Shown here in pieces: positions 55,691 to 64,000 of a DNA stretch of 64,000 nt. The notes below the pieces were generated by a model. That model had not been told where the DNA came from. It did not search any database and saw only the letters and a program-made list of their open reading frames with translations. The position numbers were made by a program, and so were the translations under genes. The first letter of the stretch is position 1. Each line of letters opens with the position of its first letter. Source of the DNA: Eledone cirrhosa (taxonomy: Eukaryota); assembly GCA_964016885.1 (NCBI GenBank), contig OZ024743.1, forward strand, positions 337,280,001 to 337,344,000, in the 5' to 3' direction.

Positions 55691-56849
55691 AAGTCACAAA
55701 AAGCAAAGTTAGAGGAGAATAATAGTCTTTTCCTGTGCTCTCTAGGCAGAAGAAAGCTGGAAATAACACTTATTGACCAAAGACAAAAAAAAGTAAAATT
55801 TTTATTACTTAGTGTTATTTTTTTTAACATTGGCTCAAGCCCAGCAATTTTTTGAGAAATGGTATATTGATTATACCGACTTATACTTGTGACCCCGGGA
55901 GATTTTTCAGCCACAAACCGAGAATTGATTATTATGGTAGGCTAAACTTAGTAACGGACCAGATATTGGAAAGGAGATGGTCAACACCGAGTATTTCTAA
56001 GTCCCATTGATGACACACAGTAAAACGATCCTAGAGTGGCACCACGACGACTGCATCAGTTACGGAAAGAAGGGTACTGCCAACTAGTCTAGGGTCTCAA
56101 ATAATAGGGGGTGGATGGGGTGGGGGTGGAATAAATGGGGGTGGGGTGAGGCGGAATAAGCGAGGTAGTTGGAAAATCGGTAATTTTTCTAGGTTGTCTC
56201 TGTTGATTTTTTAAAAACCAGAATTAGTCGTTTAGTTTACATATTGAGACACCAACCCATCCTATTTATTTTATAACGTATGGGATTTCCAGTAATGTAG
56301 TTTTTTTTGTCATTTTTAATGTATAATGAAAATTAATTGTCGCAGGAATCTTACCACTTGAAATAATATTTCGCCGGAGATAGATTAGCAATAAGTGGTG
56401 GGATGGAGATCTGAAAAAGTAATAAACGGAGATGAAAATTAGGAAGCGGGTGGAGGGACGATTAATCGAGACCCGAGAGTATTTCTAAACCCCATAGAAA
56501 TGTCATTATGGGAACACTGTAAAACGTCCCCCACAAAGTGGCCTCACAACGACTGGCTACACTAGCTACAGGAAATTGATAATCGTGGTAGAGATAGGTT
56601 GCTGCTATTTATACTTACATACATTTTACACAGCAATAATCTTTAATTCGTGGTCTAGGTCTATTTGGTTATATAAATGAACTGCATCAACAACAACATG
56701 AAGTGTGTAAGTCAGTGAGAATAAGGATTTCTAATATAGGAACAGATCTGGAGAGGAGATGGGCTCTGCCAGGTTTTAAAAATGCCTAGAAATATTGTAT
56801 GTCAATACGGCGCCCCTACGACTCCCTCATGAGTTAAGGGCCATGCATG

Positions 56850-57460
56850 TAACATAGGAACAAAACTAGAAATTTGGGGCAAGCGAAAAATCGATTATAG
56901 TTTACTAATATTTTATTGACTCCGGAAAGATGAAAAACAAAGTTGATTTCTGTGGGATTTGAACGTTAGAACATAAAAAGCTGGAATAGATACTGCTAAT
57001 CATTCCTTCAGTGCTCTACCGATTCTGTTAATACACCACCCTTTTTGCCACAGGGCTGGAAATTTGGGAGAAGAGGAATGTCGATTATATCGACCCAGTA
57101 CTGAACTGGTACATTATTTTATCGAACCCGGAAGGATGAAAGGTAAAATTGACTTCCCTCTACCCCGAAATTGCTGGCCTTGCGCCAGGGTTAGAAAGAA
57201 TTAAAGCGTCGGACACCGTGCTTAGCGGCATACAGTTACGGTTCTTTATATTCTGAGTTCAAATCCCGCCGAGGTTAACTTTGCCTTTCATCCTTACGGG
57301 GTCGATAAAATAAAGGACCGGTAATACTCTGGGATAATTGCTGGCCTTGTGCCAAAAGTAGAAACAATTATTATGAAGTGTGGTGGATTGGCAGAATCGT
57401 AAAATTCCTGAACAGGGTGGTATGGTGTGATCTTGAGCAAGACATTTCATTTCATGTTGC
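56850..57460. mobile_element. Cluster of nested/fragmented tRNA-SINEs
   Basis: Several gcctttcatcct..gtcgataaaataa blocks on both strands plus tcttgagcaagacatt. Confidence 0.7.
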
Positions 57461-58399
57461 GTTTTATGACATGACTAGGATTGTGGAGCTAGAAACATCC
57501 TGAGATGCAACACTGTTGGAGGTCAACTAAATCTACATAGGTGTGAGTTATGAATTTTATCGTTTTTCTTTCTAAGAAGTAATCATAGATCATGCATTTT
57601 CTTATCCTCATTAAAAATTCCCCCATCACTATCATCAAAACTACAACCACCAAAACCACCACAAGTACCACTACCACCACCACAATCACCTTCACAACTA
57701 CCATCGCGACCACAAACAACACTACTACCATCATCACTATCATTATCCTTCTCACCTTTGCGTTACCATATAGACCACCACCCTTCCTTCATTATCTTCT
57801 CCACCGTTATCATCATCAGCAGCACTCCACCACCAACATCTGCACCATCACTACCATCACCACAATCGCCATCAGCGGCAGCATCATCATTACCACCGCC
57901 ACCACCATCACCACCGCCCATCATCATCATCACCATCATCATCTTCATCATTAACAACAACAATGAGCCAGCATGTTCTCTACTGGGAAGAAAAAGTGTG
58001 AAATTATAATAGAACGAAACAGCTGGTTAACGATAATAGCAGGATGCAGCTGCAGGCCATCTATCTCGGAGCTCAACATAACATATTTTCGCTCCCACAG
58101 CAAATGCTTCTAAACTTCTGATAACCTTTGATAAGCTCTGTGTATGTTTCTCCAGCATCCTTAACACCAGCACCACCGACACTACCAATACAAACAAGAA
58201 CACATCCAACATCCCCAACACCACCATCATAGGCACCACTACCAGCATCATCAACACCATAAACACCAACATCAACAATATGACTACCACCAACACCACC
58301 ACTAAAACGAAACCTTCAACAACACTATCAAAAACAACACCAACAACAGATCCAACAACACCAACAATACGACCAAACGTCTCAACAAACCACTTGACA

Positions 58400-61300
58400 A
58401 CATCAACAACATCAACAGTACCACCAATAACAACAGTACCACCAATAACAACAGTACCACCAATAACAACAGTACCACCAATAACAACACCACCAATAAC
58501 AACAGCACAACCAACAACAACATCAACAACATCAACAGTACCACCACCAACAACAGCACCACCAATAACAACAGACCCCCAATAACAACACCACCAATAA
58601 CAACAGCACCAACAACAGTACCACCAATAACAACACCACCACCAATAACAATACCACCAATAACAACAGTACCAATAACAACAGCACCAATAAAACAACA
58701 CCAATAACAAGAATAACAGCACCAATAACAACACCACCAATAACAACAACAACAGCACCAATAACAACAGTACTACCAATAACAACAGCACCAATAACAA
58801 CAGTACTACCTATAACAACAGCACCAATAACAACAGTACTAGCTATAACAACAGCACCAATAACAACAGTACTACCTATAACAACAGCACCAATAACAAC
58901 AGTACTACCAATAACAACAGCACCAATAACAACAGTACTAGCTATAACAACAGCACCAATAACAACAGTACTACCAATAACAACAGCACCAATAACAACA
59001 GTACTACCAATAACAACAGCACCAATAACAACAGTACTACCAATAACAACAGCACCAATAACAACAGTACTACCAATAACAACAGCACCAATAACAACAG
59101 TACTACCAATAACAACAGCACCAATAACAACAGAACTACCTATAACAACAGCACCAATAACAACAGTACTACCAATAACAACAGCACCAATAACAACAGT
59201 ACTACCAATAAAAACAGCACCAATAATAACAGCACCAATAACAACAGTACTACCTATAACAACAGCACAAATAACAACAGTACTACCTATAACAACAGCA
59301 CCAATAACAACAGTACTACCAATAACAACAGCACCAATAACAACAGTACTACCAATAACAACAGCACCAATAACAACAGTACCACCAATAAAAACAGCAC
59401 AAATAATAACAGCACCAATAACAACAGTACTACCTATAACAACAGCACCAATAACAACAGTACTAGCTATAACAACAGCACCAATAACAACAGTACTACC
59501 TATAACAACAGCACCAATAACAACAGTACTACCAATAACAACAGCACCAATAACAACAGTACTAGCTATAACAACAGCACCAATAACAACAGTACTACCA
59601 ATAACAACAGCACCAATAACAACAGTACTACCAATAACAACAGCACCAATAACAACAGTACTACCAATAACAACAGCACCAATAACAACAGTACTACCAA
59701 TAACAACAGCACCAATAACAACAGTACTACCAATAACAACAGCACCAATAACAACAGAACTACCTATAACAACAGCACCAATAACAACAGTACTACCAAT
59801 AACAACAGCACCAATAACAACAGTACTACCAATAAAAACAGCACCAATAATAACAGCACCAATAACAACAGTACTACCTATAACAACAGCACCAATAACA
59901 ACAGTACTACCTATAACAACAGCACCAATAACAACAGTACTACCAATAACAACAGCACCAATAACAACAGTACTACCAATAACAACAGCACCAATAACAA
60001 CAGTACCACCAATAAAAACAGCACAAATAATAACAGCACCAATAACAACAGTACTACCTATAACAACAGCACCAATAACAACAGTACTACCTATAACAAC
60101 AGCACCAATAACAACAGTACTACCTATAACAACAGCACCAATAACAACAGTACTACCTATAACAACAGCACCAATAACAACAGTACTACCAATAACAACA
60201 GCACCAATAAAAACAGTACTACCTATAACAACAGCACCAATAACAACAGTACTACCAATAACAACAGCACCAATAACAACAGTACTAGCTATAACAACAG
60301 CACCAATAACAACAGTACTACCTATAACAACAGCACCAATAACAACAGTACTACCTATAACAACAGCACCAATAACAACAGTACTACCAATAACAACAGC
60401 ACCAATGACAACAGTACTACCAATAACAACAGCACCAATGACAACAGTACTACCTATAACAACAGCACCAATAACACCACCACCAATAACAACAGCACCA
60501 ATAACAACAGCACTACCAATAACAACAGCACCAATAACAACAGTACTACCGATAACAACAGCACCAATAACAACACCACCAATAACAACAGCACCAATAA
60601 CAACACCACCAATAACAACAGCACCAATAACAACACCACCAATAACAACAGCACCAATAACAACAGTACTACCAATAACAACAGCACCAATAACAACAGT
60701 ACCACCAATAACAACACCACCAATAATAACAGCACCAATAACAACACCACCAATAACAACACCACCAATAACAACACCACCAATAACAACAGGACCAATA
60801 ACAACAGCACCAATAACAACAGCACCAATAACAACAGTACTACCTATAACAACAGCACCAATAACAACAGTACTACCTATAACAACAGCACCAATAACAA
60901 CAGCACCACCAATTACAACATCACCAATAACAACAGTACCACCAATAACAACAGTACCACCAATAACAACAGCACCAATAACAACAGTACTACCTATAAC
61001 AACAGCACCAATAACAACAGTACCAATAACAACAGCACCACCAATAACAACAGCACCAATAACAACAGTACCAATAACAACAGCACCACCAATAACAACA
61101 GCACCAATAACAACAGCACCAATAACAACAGTACTACCAATAACAACAGCACCAATAACAACAGTACTACCAATAACAACAGCACCAATAACAACAGTAC
61201 CAATAACAACAGCACCACCAATAACAACAGTACCACCAATAAGAACAGCACCAATAAGAACAGCACCAATAACAACAGCACCAATAACAACAGTACTACC

Positions 61301-64000
61301 TATAACAACAGCACCAATAACAACAGTACCAATAACAACAGCACCACCAATAACAACAGTACCACCAATAACAACAGCACCAATAACAACAGCACCAATA
61401 ACAACAGTACCACCAATAACAACAGTACCAATAACAACAGCACCACCAATAACAACAGTACCAATAACAACAGCACCACCAATAACAACAGCACCAATAA
61501 CAACAGTACCAATAACAACAGCACCACCAATAACAACAGTACCACCAATAAGAACAGCACCAATAACAACAGCACCAATAACAACAGTACCACCAATAAC
61601 AACAGTACCACCAATAACAACAGTACCGCCAATAACAACAGCACCAATAACAACAGCACCAATAACAACAGCACCAATAACAACAGTACCACCAATAACA
61701 ACAGCACCAATAACAACAGCACCAATAACAACAGCACCACCAATTACAACATCACCAATAACAACAGTACCACCAATAACAACAGTACCATCAATAACAA
61801 CAGCACCAATAACAACAGTACCACCAATAACAACAGCACCAATAACAACAGTACCACCAATAACAACAGCACCAATAACAACAGTACCACCAATAACAAC
61901 AGCACCAATAACAACAGCACCAATAACAACAGTACCACCAATAACAACAGCACCAATAACAACAGCACCAATAACAACAGCAACAATAACAACATCACCA
62001 ATAACAACAGTACCACCAATAACAACAGTACCATCAATAACAACAGCACCAATAACAACAGCACCAATAACAACAGTACCACCAATAACAACAGCACCAA
62101 TAACAACAGCACCAATAACAACAGTACCACCAATAACAACAGCACCAATAACAACAGCACCAATAACAACAGCAACAATAACAACAGCACCAATAACAAC
62201 AGTACCACCAATAACAACAGCACCAATAACAACAGCACCAATAACAACAGCACCAATAACAACAGCACCAATAACAACAGTACCACCAATAACAACAGCA
62301 CCAATAACAACAGCACCAATAACAACAGCACCACCAATTACAACATCACCAATAACAACAGTACCACCAATAACAACAGTACCATCAATAACAACAGCAC
62401 CAATAACAACAGCACCAATAACAACAGTACCACCTATAACAACAGCACCAATAACAACAGCACCAATAACAACAGCAACAATAACAACATCACCAATAAC
62501 AACAGTACCACCAATAACAACAGTACCATCAATAACAACAGCACCAATAACAACAGCACCAATAACAACAGTACCACCAATAACAACAGCACCAATAACA
62601 ACAGTACCACCAATAACAACAGCACCAATAACAACAGCACCAATAACAACAGCAACAATAACAACATCACCAATAACAACAGTACCACCAATAACAACAG
62701 TACCATCAATAACAACAGCACCAATAACAACAGCACCAATAACAACAGTACCACCAATAACAACAGCACCAATAACAACAGCACCAATAACAACAGTACC
62801 ACCAATAACAACAGCACCAATAACAACAGCACCAATAACAACAGCAACAATAACAACAGCACCAATAACAACAGTACCACCAATAACAACAGCACCACCA
62901 ATAACAACAGCACCAATAACAACAGCAACAATAACAACAGCACCAATAACAACAGTACCACCAATAACAACAGCACCAATAACAACAGCACCAATAACAA
63001 CAGTACCACCAATAACAACAGCACCAATAACAACAGCACCAATAACAACAGCACCACCAATTACAACATCACCAATAACAACAGTACCACCAATAACAAC
63101 AGTACCATCAATAACAACAGCACCAATAACAACAGCATCAATAACAACAGTACCATCAATAACAACTGCACCAATAACAACAGCACCAATAACAACAGTA
63201 CCACCAATAACAACAGCACCAATAACAACAGTACCACCAATTACAACATCACCAATAACAACAGTACCACCAATAACAACAGTACCATCAATAACAACAG
63301 CACCAATAACAACAGCACCACCAATAACAACAGCACCAATAACAACAGTACCACCAATAACAACAGCACCAATAACAACAGCACCAATAACAACAGTACC
63401 ACCAATAACAACAGCACCAATAACAACAGTACCACCAATAACAACAGCACCAATAACAACAGTACCAATAACAACAGCACCACCAATAACAACAGTACCA
63501 CCAATAACAACAGTACCACCAATAACAACAGCACCAATAACAAGAGTACCAGCAATAACAACAGCACCAATAACAACAGTACCACCAATAACAACAGTAC
63601 CACCAATAACAACAGTACCACCAATAACAAATGTACCACCAATAACAACAGCACCAATAACAACAGTACCACCAATAACAACAGCACCAATAACAACAGC
63701 ACCAATAACAACAGCACCAATAACAACAGTACCACCAATTACAACATCACCAATAACAACAGCACCAATAACAACAGCACCAATAACAACAGCACCAATA
63801 ACAACAGCACCAATAACAACAGCACCAATAACAACAGCACCAATAACAACAGTACCACCAATTACAACATCACCAATAACAACAGCACCAATAACAACAG
63901 CACCAATTACAACATCACCAATAACAACAGTACCACCAATAACAACAGCACCAATAACAACAGCACCAATAACAACAGCACCAATAACAACAGCACCAAT
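58400..64000. repeat. Satellite of 12/15/18 bp units (accaataacaacagc / accaataacaacagtact), runs off the window
   Basis: Direct inspection; 624 bp higher-order duplication near 58800-60050. Confidence 0.95.

Overview
AT-rich metazoan genomic DNA. The repeat landscape suggests an octopus/cephalopod, but this is inference. No host gene can be called with confidence. The first ~54 kb is a stack of mobile elements inserted into (TA)n microsatellites. Most are Penelope-like elements (PLEs; RT plus C-terminal GIY-YIG endonuclease, several resembling the Hydra clade) or non-coding derivatives, and most are arranged as head-to-head palindromes, the largest ~11.7 kb. By eye I count about 25 hammerhead ribozyme (HHR) motifs. 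These include minimal/dimer-type forms, U3-A8 core variants and a non-circularly permuted (pseudoknotted) HHR in a 620-634 nt retrozyme-like repeat. Nine dissimilar families share a bulged stem-loop (RCUC...UN-GAGY) in their 3' tail. Where both arms can be compared, the tail-less arm ends 3-5 nt upstream of this stem, which makes it a candidate cis-signal for internal RT initiation. The window also holds an intact R4/Dong-like RLE retrotransposon in an (ATGT)n tract, non-autonomous Helitrons, tRNA-SINEs, CRE-like and Chapaev-like remnants, and trinucleotide-derived satellites. All structures were paired manually; no folding or database search was run.
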